In this document: positions 39,835 to 51,922 of the stretch, piece by piece
Layout of the letters: each line of letters opens with the position of its first letter
How positions within the stretch are numbered: position 1 is the first letter of the stretch
NCBI RefSeq assembly: GCF_006345805.1
Contig: NC_043011.1
Coordinates: 42,048,464 to 42,112,463, forward strand
Reading direction: 5' to 3'
Length of the DNA stretch: 64,000 nt
DNA from: Octopus sinensis
Lineage: Eukaryota
The notes under the pieces: model-generated
Seen by the model: only the letters and a program-made list of their open reading frames with translations
Told to the model about the DNA's origin: nothing
Databases searched by the model: none
Translations under genes and position numbers: made by a program

Positions 39835-42105
39835 ATGCCTTTATTAATTGAATTCACTGGTTCAAATTCCACTCATTTACTTTTTTTTTTTTCCCTAAAA
39901 TTTTCGTTACTTCTTGCAACCTCTTCAATAGTTGTTGACTGTCCATTATTGGAGCTGTGTTCTTTTTGTTTGTTTGTTTGTTTGTGCACATGTGCATGCA
40001 TCAGTATGCATGTGTATACACATGTGTATATATGCTTGTGTGTGTATGCCTATGTATGTATATATATATATATATGTGTATGCCTGTATGTATATGTATT
40101 CTACATATTCATGTGTTTGTATGTGCATGTTTGTATGCACGTGTGTGTATGTATTTATACTTCTGTCTCATTGTGCATGCATGTTTGAGTGTGTCTATGT
40201 GTATGTGTTTGTGTGACTGTACATGTATCTGTTATGTATGGATGTGTCTTTGTGTGTGTGTGTGTATGCATAGTGTGCTTGTGTGTATATGGTCATATGT
40301 TTCTGTCTCCTTTTGTGTGTGTGTGTGTGTGTGCGTGCATGCTTGCTTGTATGTCCATGTTATCTATGTACTTATCTATCTGTTTGCCTACATATCCTTC
40401 TGGTTTGTCTTTTTTTTTTACCCTCACAGGACTATTAAAAGTAAGTACAAGAGCAAAAAATGGTACAAGAGCAACAAAATAGATTCAGTTGGCCAATGAC
40501 CAAAGGAAATTACTATTATTGTTATTTTTATTATTTGTCTTCATGTTCTGAGTTCAAATCCATAAAAGTTGACTTTGCCTTTCATCCTTTTGCAGTTGAT
40601 AAGCTAAGTACCTGTTACACACTGGGGACAATATAATTGACTTGCCACATCCATCCAATAAATTTCAAGCCTTGTGGCAATAATAGAAAAGATTGTTATT
40701 GTTGTTTTTGTTGTTCGGTTGGTTAGAGTGGTAGATCAGAAGTTCATGGGAGCAGATGGTATTTAGCACTTTGTTGTTTCCTCTAAGCTTAAATACCATC
40801 AGATCACATTTGCCTTTCATCTCTTCAGGGTCAATAAAATGAAGTACCAGTGTTAGGTCACTCAACTAAATAGGCTATATATTGTTCAGTATATGGTGGA
40901 CCTTGTGCTTCTGAGTTCAAATACAGTACAAAGCAGCATCTTTTAGCCTCCCAGACCAGTGGGAAAAGGGAAAAAAGCATTAGACAAGAGGTCAGGCTTA
41001 AATGCTTGCAACAGATTGGACTCTGCTAAACATACTTGAAAGCCAAATGAGGATGTTAACTAACATGTGCAAGGATCTAAGACCACCATTCAAAGACAGG
41101 AATAGTTCCACCATTAAAGGGCTTCCATGCAGTTTCTGTTTTCCATCTTTTTCTCACAAGGGTTTGGTCAATTGATAGAAAGCACTTTCCCAAGGTCCTG
41201 CTGCATGGCAGGATCAAATCTGGTGCCACCTAGTTGAGAAAAGCATGTCTCAACCAAACACACATATGGATGCACCGATAAGCAGCGTGGCCACTTACAA
41301 ATTAATTGACTGCTGATTATTTATAATGTAATTACATATTGTGATATGAAAATGCATATTGTAATTAATTGTAAGTATTAAATTATATTTTATAGTTAAT
41401 CTTAATTGTGGAGTCACTGTTTGAGAGTTTAGTCAAACGTAATCAAATATAAGTTAATTCTTTCTCTCAAGATGATATAGGAAAGGAATCTCTCCACTCC
41501 CACACAGAACACACAGTCATAAGAGAAACTTTATAGTCAAACAACACAGAATTGTAGTGGAATACAACCACACATGCACACACACACACACGTTAATGCA
41601 AATGTGTCATAGGGCCCACATGTGCATTTGTGTGTAAGCAGAATAGTCCCACACACACACAAGACACATGTATATTTAAAATGACTCATATTTGTTACTT
41701 AATAAATTAGAAAAATCTTCAGTAAGTCATAAGTTTTAGATTAGGTCAGATAAACTTCACATAGAATTAGTCACTTCACTGCCCACTTATATCAGGCTGA
41801 GAGGGGACAAGTGGTCGAGGGTAGTAGGACACAAGTACTTACTTAGCTATAATACACGTGTGTATGTATAAATGTATATACATATGTATGTATATATTTA
41901 TACACAGACACATGTGTGAACTGTGATGTTTATCCAAGTATTTGTATAAAAACGTTACATATGTAAATGATATATAAAGGAAAAGATGTATATATGTGCT
42001 GGAGGCAGAGCTAGAGAAATTGAATGTGTTTATGAAATTAAGGAGAAGAGGAGAAAGAGATGAAAAAATGGAAAAAGGTGTAAAATAATGCATGCCTGTG
42101 TAGAA

Positions 42106-42194
42106 CAGTGGTTCCCAACCTTTTCACTACCAAGGACCCCTTTTGTTTAAATGAGTTTTCCCACGGACCCCTTTTAATATGCTTATCCTTAGGT

Positions 42195-42231
<37 letters not shown>

Positions 42232-42314
42232 AAATTTTGAATTTAGTTCATTGACCCCCAGTACTACTTTTGCAGACCACCGGGGGTCTGCGGACCACAG
42301 GTCGGGAACCAGTG
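42106..42314. mobile_element. hAT (Charlie-like) MITE with perfect 8 bp TSD
   Basis: Termini CAGTGGTTCCC and GGGAACCAGTG; TSD GTGTAGAA at 42098-42105 and 42315-42322. Confidence 0.9.
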
Positions 42315-42335
42315 GTGTAGAAGTATAGAGAAGTG

Positions 42336-42375
<40 letters not shown>

Positions 42376-43954
42376 GCCTAGTTTTGTAAATAAATTCAGA
42401 AATTAACCCCAATTTAAATGGGGGACAGGTGATTAAACATGTGATTGGCAACCAAAAAGTCATAGTTCTAATCCTTATTGTAATCACACCACATGCAGAG
42501 ACTGTAAAGAATTTCCTTCCTTCGAATAAGTCTTGAAGAATTTTGCTGTGTGTTAATGCCAAAATTCAGAAGTTGGTTTACCAGTGATATAGTTTTGAGA
42601 TTCAGTCCCACTGCCTGGCATCTTTGGCAAGTGTCTTCTTCGACAGCCTTAGGAGTGGATTTGGTAGACAGAAAGTGAAAAGAAGTCCACTGTGTGTGTG
42701 TGTGTGGGTGTGTTGTTTCCTACGCTTGGCATCAAATGATAGTTGTAAGTAAGCATCATACAAGCAGTGTCGTTCTTTTCCAGTCTTCCATGAAATATAT
42801 ATCCGACTATTGTGAAATATTACCCTACTGGGAAACAGGTGAGGGTTCGGGACAGGGAGGGCTTCTGGCTGTTGAAAAATCTACTTCAATGAATTTTGTC
42901 TGACACATGCAAGCATGGAAAATGGATATTGATATGATGATGATGATGATGACAGTAATTGATATTGTTGTACTTGAAGTGATGTAACATCATTCATACT
43001 GGATCATGTGATGATCTGAGCAGTTTTTGAATTTGTTACCAATCAGTTTTTGAATTTATTGTCTTATTCAATTTGGGTTTTTAGAATAAAATTCATTTAC
43101 AAATATCAAATAATTCCTTTATATTCATCTGGAATAGATTGTCTGTTACTTGGATCAAAGAGGAAGCTTTTATGTGGTGGCTCAGCTTGCTAGAATTAAT
43201 GACCAAATCTTCCCATCATCTTTTAGTGCCTTGAATGAGAAGAAAGGACATTGGGTTATGTAGTTCTTGATATATTATTTACAAGAAGCATGATCTTCAA
43301 ACTTGGGCCTCACAGAAGCAATGACTAGTGACTGAAACCTTTGGTGATATGCTGTACTTGAGAAGACCTGTCAAGCCAAGTGAAATCATAGTTGGGGCTG
43401 ATGCTGGTGGCACATAACTGGCACCTGTGCCGGAGGCATGTAAAAGGCACCTTTCAAGCATTGGGTCTCACAGAGGTGAAATGGATGGGTGTTGGGTGTT
43501 GGGTCTCATGGAAGCCATGACTGAGACCTTTAATATTATGTCATACTTGAGAAGAAGACCCATCAAGCCAAGTAAAATTGCAGTCGTAGTAGATACCAGT
43601 GTCACACAAATGGCACCCATTACACTCTCGGAGTGGTTGGCATTAAGAAGGGCACCCAACCATAGAAAACTATGCCAAATCAGACTGGAGTCTGGTGCAG
43701 CCTCCCAGCTTGCCAGCCCTGGTCAAACCATCCAACCTATGCTAGCGTGGACAATGGATGTTAAATAATGATGATGAAAATGAGAAAGACTGGTTGGTTA
43801 CAGTTGGAATATCTTTGATCATAGATCTGCTAGATCAAAACTGGTTTTTTGCCCTTAAATCCCTCATTTTTGACCAAATTTGTCCAAATCTCACATGAAC
43901 AGTACAGCTGACTCAACTATGGTTTTAAAACTATTTTTGGTTAATATTCTTTAT

Positions 43955-44169
43955 TTAACCCTTTCGTTACTGTATTTATTTTGAGATGCTCTGTGTTTCT
44001 TTCAATTACTTTAAATATAACAAAAAATTTATCAAAATAACTTAGTTATCATTAAGCTAGTGTTAGGAACATAAATTGGTGGAAAATTTTAGTTCAAAAC
44101 TTATGAAAACAAGACATTTGTACTCAGAACCAGAGCCGGTTTCAGCCGGGTTGGTAACAAAAGGGTTAA
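43955..44169 (+). mobile_element. piggyBac-like MITE, family A, copy 3
   Basis: TTAACCCTTTCGTTAC...GTAACAAAAGGGTTAA. Confidence 0.8.
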
Positions 44170-44524
44170 CTTGCAACAGATCTACGAAATACTGTGAAAC
44201 ATCATCTTTTCACATTTTTTCAGAATTTCACCCAAGAAAGCTGTTTCACAGAACACCTGATTTTTTTGCTTTTTATTGCAAAAGAACGTCTATGTTGTGT
44301 CATTTCTGGAAAGTATTTGTTCTTTGTCCCTGTGCATCTGGGTTCTACAGAAAACCGCAAAACACGGACACTCCTCCCCCTCCAACAGCTTCACCTTTTT
44401 GCAGAGGCTAGGTCTAAGTCAACCTTCCACTCTCACTTACTCCTTCATGTGCGAAAATGACTAATGGCAATTAGTTCGTGCTGTTTACACCAATCCCTCC
44501 ATAATTAGACAATATCCTTTCAAC

Positions 44525-44926
44525 GCCAAAAGCAGCAAGTTGGCAGAAACATCAGCATGCCGAGCAAAATGCTTAGCGGTATTTTGTCTGCTGCTACATT
44601 CTGAGTTCAAATTCCACCGAGGTTGACTTTGCCTTTAATCCTTTCGGGGTCGATTAAATAAGTACCAGTTACGCACTGGAGTCGATATATTCGACTTAAT
44701 CCGTTTGTCTGTCCTTGTTCGTCCCCTCTGTGTTTAGCCCCTTGTGGGTAGTAAAGAAATAGGTATTTTGTCTGTCTTTACATTCTGAGTTCAAATTCCG
44801 CCGAGGTCAACTTTGCCTTTCATCCTTTTGGGGTAGATAAATTAAGTACCAGTTGCATATTGGCGTCGATCTAATTAACTGGCTCCATCTCCCAAAATTT
44901 CGGGCCTTGTGCCTGGAGGAGAAAAG
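44525..44926 (+). mobile_element. Dimeric SINE flanked by a single 14 bp TSD
   Basis: TSD AATATCCTTTCAAC at 44511-44524 and 44927-44940 encloses two tandem units that share GAGTTCAAATTCC.CCGAGGT..ACTTTGCC...AAGTACCAGTT. Confidence 0.85.
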
Positions 44927-45129
44927 AATATCCTTTCAACATCAATCTAATAGGATAAAATGCCTGTAAACATTTGTAAACATTTCCCTCCACCACCATT
45001 ATCCGAACTTCGAGCACCTCCTCCGGCGTTTGATTGTTCAACTAATAAATGCCACTTGGGAAAAATCACTTCTTCCTCAATGCCAATGTTTGCAACTTAA
45101 TGCAAAAAAAAAAAGAATTCAAGGAGATG

Positions 45130-45209
45130 TACAACGAAAAATATGGTAGAACCTATTAAGACCATTGCTGAGTATGTAATACCTGAGCAACGCCAGGTGC
45201 TCCTGCTAG
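45130..45209 (+). mobile_element. Possible Helitron 3' terminus
   Basis: Short hairpin acctg-agcaacgc-caggt followed by ...gctcctgCTAG, the typical Helitron 3' end arrangement. Confidence 0.45.
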
Positions 45210-45490
45210 AAATAATAATACAACAATACTTTGTGCCAAGCCATATATATGCACCTAGTCATAACACCAACTTGAACTTATAAGTTGTTGTCTCTTGAGG
45301 TCTCTGGGTGAGACTTGGCGTCAACTTGTACAAATACAATTTTGAAATTTTGGTGGAAGGGCAAGTCAATTACACCAACTCCAGTGTTCAACTGGTACTC
45401 TTTTTATCGATCCCCAGAAGGATGAAAGGCAAAGTCAACTTCAGTGGAATTTGAACTCAGAACATAAGGATGGACGAAATGCCACTAAGC

Positions 45491-45524
<34 letters not shown>

Positions 45525-46500
45525 TAATAATAATAAAGATTTCTCCCATTGGTACAAAATATACAACTACCCACCACACTCACTTGACTGGTAAATTTTT
45601 TTATCAACTCCTCAAAAGGGGATGGGGTAAGCAAAGTTGTGTTTTATGAGATTTGAACTCAGAATGTAAAAGCTGTAACTAAATACCACAAGGTATTTTG
45701 TCCAACATTCTAACAGTTCTGGCAAAATAATAATGATGATGATGATAATAATAATAATAATAATAATAATAATATAATAATAATGATTAGTAACAAAAGT
45801 TTGTAATAAGATTCTAAAGAGGAAATGGGATTAAATGAGAAACTGCATGACTACATTGACCAAGTTTTGGGGAAAACTTCTGGAAAGGATAGAATTTCCT
45901 TTCAGTGGAAAGGGGACAAATTCTATAAATCACCAAACTCTTAAGGAAAAAGAAAAATAATCCTCCAAGAATCTAAACACATGTTAAAGGTACTGACAAG
46001 TAGGTTCATATCAGTGCGTATGTGTGAACATATGAATGTATACATCTGCATGTACACACACACACACACTCTTGTAAATAGTCTACATCTAAATGAACAA
46101 AACATGAAGCTCAAACTGTAATGAAAATAAATCATACACCATATAGTGGAAGGTATTTAGTGCCTTGTCAGTGTTTCTATACCATGGATTACCATTAGCA
46201 GCTGGGAACTTGGAAATGGCAATTGTGAGCAGAACTGGCTTAGTTGTTGAGGCATCTGACCATGTCATTTATCCACACACACAGAGACTTGTGTATATAT
46301 ATTTACATGCACACCAGTAGCTGTGTATGACCTTGCTTAGATTTATTTATACCAAATGTGTGTGTGTGTATAGGAGTATATACAATGTCTGTTTATTTGT
46401 TTTTTATGCTCAGTTATAATAAAAAAAATTTTACATTAATCTGAGGGGTTACTCTATACTTTTTTAGAGTATAAATTTATTATTCTTGAACATTGACTGT

Positions 46501-46560
46501 GACTTCGAAGTTTTGGATAGTTAAGCCATCATTGGCTTCACTAACCAAAACTTGGAAGTT
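46501..46560. other. 60 nt stem-loop of pre-miRNA size
   Basis: gacttcgaagttttggatagttaagcc-atcatt-ggcttcactaaccaaaacttggaagtt pairs over 27 bp with three single mismatches. Confidence 0.75.
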
Positions 46561-46721
46561 GAATAAACACTTCCAGCTGAGAGCTTACTAATGAAGAGAA
46601 CTGTGCCTAGTTCGTCCTCAGTTTTGCAATTTCTTTGGTTGAACAAATGGGGAACTCGACATTAGTGTTTCTCAACCCTTTTCAGTTAATATGTAAAAAG
46701 TGTGTATATATATATATATAG

Positions 46722-47110
46722 CGCAGGAGTGGCTGTGTGGTAAGTAGCTTGCTTACCAACTACATGGTTCTAGGTTCAGTCCCACTGCATGGCACCTTGG
46801 GCAAGTGTCTTCTACTATAGCCTCAGGCCAACCAAAGCCTTGTGAGTGAATTTGGTAGACAGAAACTGAAATAAGCCCGTCGTATATATGTATGTGTGTG
46901 TATATGTTTGTGTGTCTGTGTTCGTCCCGCAACATCACTTGACAACCGATGCTGGTGTGTTTCTCGTCCCCTTAACTTAGTGGTTCGCCAAAAGAGACTG
47001 ATAGAATAAGTACTAGGCTTACAAAGAATAAGTCTTGGGGTTGATTTGTTTGAGTAAAAGCGGTGCTCCAGCATGGCCACAGTCAAATGACTGAAACAAG
47101 TAAAAGAGTA
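46722..47110 (+). mobile_element. Representative of the GCGCAGGAGTGGCTGTGTGG SINE family with composite tail
   Basis: Head ...GGTTC.AGGTTCAGTCCCACTGCATGGCACCTTGGGCAAGTGTCTTCT...; copies near 4000-4290, 8810-9180, 14010, 17030-17720, 28250-29020, 35810, 48320-49010, 57380 and 59840. Confidence 0.85.
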
Positions 47111-49258
47111 AAACAGTATATACATATATATATATATATATATACACATACACATACATACAAAAACACATATATATATATGTATGTATAAAAGAAGTTT
47201 AAATTAAAACTTTAATGTAAGTTTTGTTCACTTATTACTTATGCCCCATTCTGAAGTAATGTACAGCCCAGCTTCAGGAAAATAGTTGTTCAACCTGCTA
47301 AAATTGGCAGTCAAATCTCCTTCAAATCAAACCCTATGAACCTTGATTATTACTTGACTGGTGTTTTAATTTTATTGGTGACAGTTAAATAAGCAGTGAA
47401 GTTTACCGTTGCAGGTTTTGAACTCAAAACATAGACATGACTAAATACTACAATGTATTCTTTCTGATCTTCTACATTTTTACATTTTCATATGCTTGTT
47501 TGTGTGTGTGTGTGTATCTTTTGTCTTTTACTTGTTTCATTCCTTAAACTGCAGCCATGCTGGGGCACCACACTGAAGAATTTTTAGTTGATGTATCAGT
47601 GAGATTGAACCTGGAACCAGATCATTGCAAAGCAAGCTTTTTTACCTATGCAGCCATTATTTCTTACAAAATATGATCCATCATATTATATCCTTGTTGT
47701 GTTTGTCTTGTTCTTTTTTAGGCTTGGTTAAGAATTTCTCAGCTAAATCTACAGGTTTCCAGGAAATCTCTTTGTCCTTCCCCCTCTCTCTTCCTTATCT
47801 CTAACGCACACTCACACACACACTTACACACACACATGTATGTGGGTATGTGTGTATATATTTTATATATGTGTGTGTATATAAGTATAATTTCAAAATG
47901 TAGCTACATGTGGATTGTTAGCGATTTTTTTCCACCGTCTTCCTTTTCTCTTGGTCTTTCCTCCATCTCCTCTTTCTGAAGAAAAGCTTTGCTAGAAATA
48001 TAAAACTACCTTTCTTTCCTTCCCTGAGCATCTGCTAATACTTTGCATGTACCATGTCCTTGCATTATTGTTTTTTTCCTTGTGTGTTTTCTTCGGTTTT
48101 TTGTAGGTTGGGGGGATTAACTCTGTGTGTGTGTATATATATATATATATAAAGTTCAATCCATGCCAGCATGGAAAGGGGACGTTAAATGACGGCGATG
48201 ATGATATGTGTGTATGTGTGTGCATAGATATGCATATCATCATCATCATTTACATCTGTGGTCCCTGTTGGCATGGGTTGGACAGTTTGACCAGAGCTAC
48301 ACCAGACTCCAGTACTTTTTTTTTAAGCCTGATACTTATTCTACCGATTGCTTTTGCTGATCTGCTAAGTTACAGGGATGTGAACACACCAACACCAGTT
48401 GTCAAGCGGAGGCAGTGGGGGCAGCACAGACACAAAGACACATACACACAGGTACATATATACAACAGGCTTCTTTCAGTTTCCATCTACCAAACCCACT
48501 CACAAGGCTTTGGTCAGCCTGAGGCTACAGTAGAAGACCCTAGCCCAAGGTGTCATGCAGTGGGACTGAACCCAGAACCATGAGGTTGGGAAGCAAGCTG
48601 CTTACCAAACAGCTGCACATGCACAAAATTTATCTTTTACGTTTTGCTTGTTCTGGTCATTAGACTGCTCCCATGCTGGAGTACTTCCTCGAAGATTTTT
48701 CTTTTAGTTAAATAAATTGACTCCAGGACTTATTTTTTTAAAAGACTGGTACTTATTCTATTAGTCTCTTTTGCCAGTTATGGGGACATAAACACACCAA
48801 CACTGGTTGTCAAGCAATGGTGGTGAACAAAGACACACACACTCACACACATACACACAGCAGGGATTTTATAGTTTCTATCTACTGACAAGGTTTTGGT
48901 CAGACTGAGGCTATAGTATAAGACACTTGCCCAAGTTGCCATGCAGTGGACTGAACCCTGAACCATGTGGTTGGGAAGCAAGCTTCTTACCACACATCCA
49001 TGCCTGCACCTATACAAATATATACATGCCGGTGGCACGTAAAAAGCATCATCTGAATGTGGCTGATGCCAGTACCTGCTGACTTGCTCCCGTGCTGGTG
49101 GCACATTAAAAGCACCATCCGAATGTACCCAATGCTAGTATCCCTCGACTGACTCCCATGCCGGTGGCATGTAAAAAGCATTATCTGAACATGATCAATG
49201 CCAGGACCGCCTGATTGGCTCCTGTGCCGGTGGCATGTAAGCGCCCACTACACTCTCA

Positions 49259-49642
49259 GAAACCGCCCAGGGGTAAACGGGTAGGACCGCTCACCACGAT
49301 CGCGAGGGGACTCAGTCCGTTGCTTCCCGCCGAGGCGCCGTTGTCATTGACGAACGCGCCGGTGGCGGGCGGTCGTCTGCCGCCTCGTCGGCGTTCGATT
49401 TCCGGGGCGCCGGCATCGGACGCACTTCCCCTCCGATCCGTCGTCGCGACCCGATTCCCGTCGGGCCGGCAGGCGCGCGGCATCCGCAGGTCGCAGACGA
49501 GGGCCCCGTCGCTGGGATCCACGCGCTCCTCTCGACCGGGCCGGTCGCTCCACGTAAAGCGCAGGCACGGCTAACCGACGGAGATGGGCAAACGCACCTC
49601 GCCCTTAGCACGAACGACGCAGCGAGTCGCGCGCGGCCTCTC
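49259..49642 (+). pseudogene. 28S rRNA gene fragment (start of the D2 expansion segment), non-functional dispersed copy inserted in a SINE
   Basis: Abrupt very GC- and CpG-rich block in AT-rich DNA. It begins GAAACCGCCCAGGGGTAAACGGGTAGGACCGC, matching the conserved core at the 5' side of metazoan 28S D2 as I recall it (GTGAAACCGC..AG.GGTAAACGGGTGG..CCGC). A D2-like CGCACTTCC...CGCGACCCGATTC motif lies further in. No other rDNA is adjacent. Confidence 0.8.
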
Positions 49643-50342
49643 CGGAGGTTGGTGTTAGGAAGGGCATCCAGCTGTAGAGACATTGCCAGATCAGATTGGA
49701 GCCTGGTGCAGCCGCTGGCTCTCCAGACCTCAGTCAAACTGTCCAACCCATGCTAGCATGGAAAATGGATGTTAAACGGTGATGATGATATGCACATAAA
49801 ATTTATAAATATAAATGTAAAATATATCCACATACAAAATTATATACAATACATATGTACATACACACACAGGCTCACACACACCTTATCTCATCATAGT
49901 TTTGCATCTACTATCAAAACTGCCATGAGTTGGAAGGCTGTGAATATCTAGGCTGGCTCCCACTTGGAATTCCTACTCTCCAAGACATGAGTCAGGGGAC
50001 TATATCTTACATGTGATGTACCGTTTTACGTGGTTTCTTTATCGAATTGCTTATGGTTCTAAGAACTTGTACTCAAGAAATTCTTCCCACAGGCAGCAAA
50101 TTTAAAGTATGTGTATTTCTCTTTCCTCGCCCTGTCTCTTAGTCATTTGGACTCTGTTTTTCATTGCCAGTAGAACATGAAAATATAACTTTTACTTATA
50201 GCTAAGTACCTTGATCTGCTCGCTTTTCTCAGCAACTTTAATGAATGATTATTCGTGTTATATAATTAATTTCTTACTTAAAGAAACCTCTCTTACTCTA
50301 CTTAACATTTTCTCTTCTTTCTCTAATGCTATTCATCACCAC

Positions 50343-50383
<41 letters not shown>

Positions 50384-51922
50384 CATCCACTTTTCCATCC
50401 TGACATTGCTCACAGGCAGGCAGTTCCTCCAGGGCAAATATTTTAAAGCAAAATCTCCTGCCTATCACCCAACCCTCATCTGTTTCCAAGTAAGGTAATA
50501 TTTTCCCATGGTTAGACACATTTGTCACAGAATATTAGAAATCAACGACACAGCATCAAGTCAAGGACACACACACACACTCACTCACACACCACACACA
50601 CACACTCACACACACACACAGACACACACACGATAGACTTCTTTAGTTTCTGTCAACGAAATCCACTTACAGTCCTTTCCAAGTAAGGAAATATTTTCCC
50701 ATGGTTAGACATATTTGTCACAGAATATTAGAAATGAACGCCACAGCATCAAGTCAAGGACAACACACTCACACACACACACACATACACACACACACGC
50801 ACGCAATAGACTTTTTTTAGTTTCTCTCAACGAAATCCACTTACAATCCTTTGGTCTGCTTGGTGTTACAGTAGAAGACACTTCCCCAAAGTGTCAGGCA
50901 GTGAGACTGAACCAGGAACCAGATCATTGCAAAGCAAGCTTTTTTACCTATGCAGCTATTATTTCTTACAAAATATGATCCATCATATTATATCCTTGTT
51001 GTGTTTGTCTTGTTCTTTTTTAGGCTTGGTTAAGAATTTCTCAGCTAAATCTACAGGTTTCAAGGAAATCTCTTTGTTCTCCATCTCTCCCTTCTTTGTC
51101 GCTAGCACACACACACACATGTATGCATGTGTATATGTGTGTATATATTATATTATATATATATATATATATATATATCATCATTTAACATCTGTTGTCC
51201 ATGTTGGCATGAGTTGGACAGTTTGACCAGAGCTGCACCAGACTCCCATCTGATTTGGCATGGTTTCTATGGCTGGATGCCCTTCCTAACACCAACCACT
51301 TTACAGTGTGTGCTGGGTGCTTTTATGCGGTACCAACACAAATGCTTTTATATGGTACTGGTACCTTTGTCTTTTATGTAGCACTGGCACAGGATTCTTA
51401 CAGGCCAATCCTCCTCCCAGAGGAACCAGCCTTAACACTTCTGCTGTGATGCACGGGTCTTCTTGGGGAGTACAGCGAAGTGCTAGATATCTCAGTCCTT
51501 TGTCATTTTGCCAAAAAGGTTCAACATCCTGAGGTCGTCCTTCAGTACTACATATATAAAAAAAAATAAAAGGAGCACTCCATTGTTACAACGACGAGGG
51601 TCCCGGCTGATATAATCAATGGAACAGCTTGCTCATGAAATTAATGTGCAAGAGGCAGAGCATTCCACAGATACATGTACCCTTAACGTAGCTCTCAGGA
51701 AGATTCAGCATGATACAGAGTGTGACAAGGCTGGCCCTTTGAAATACAGGTACTACTCATTTTTACCAGCTGAGTGGACTGGAACAATGTGAAATAAAGT
51801 GTCTTGCTCAAGGACACCACATGTCGCTAGGAACTGAACTCATAACCTACGATCTTGAGCCGAATGCCCTAACCACTAAACCATGTGCCTTCACTGCTAC
51901 ACACACACACACACACACACAC

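Noticed and set aside
39835-40499. Long Cys/Val/Met-rich ORFs (up to 180 aa)
   Set aside because: Translations of (GT)n/(AT)n microsatellite sequence.
41040-41075. Minus-strand SSFGFQV motif
   Set aside because: Stop immediately upstream, no signal peptide and a poor acceptor.
49215-49746. Arg/Pro/Ala-rich ORFs of 74-144 aa on both strands
   Set aside because: A by-product of the GC-rich rDNA-like insert having few stop codons; no coherent protein motif.
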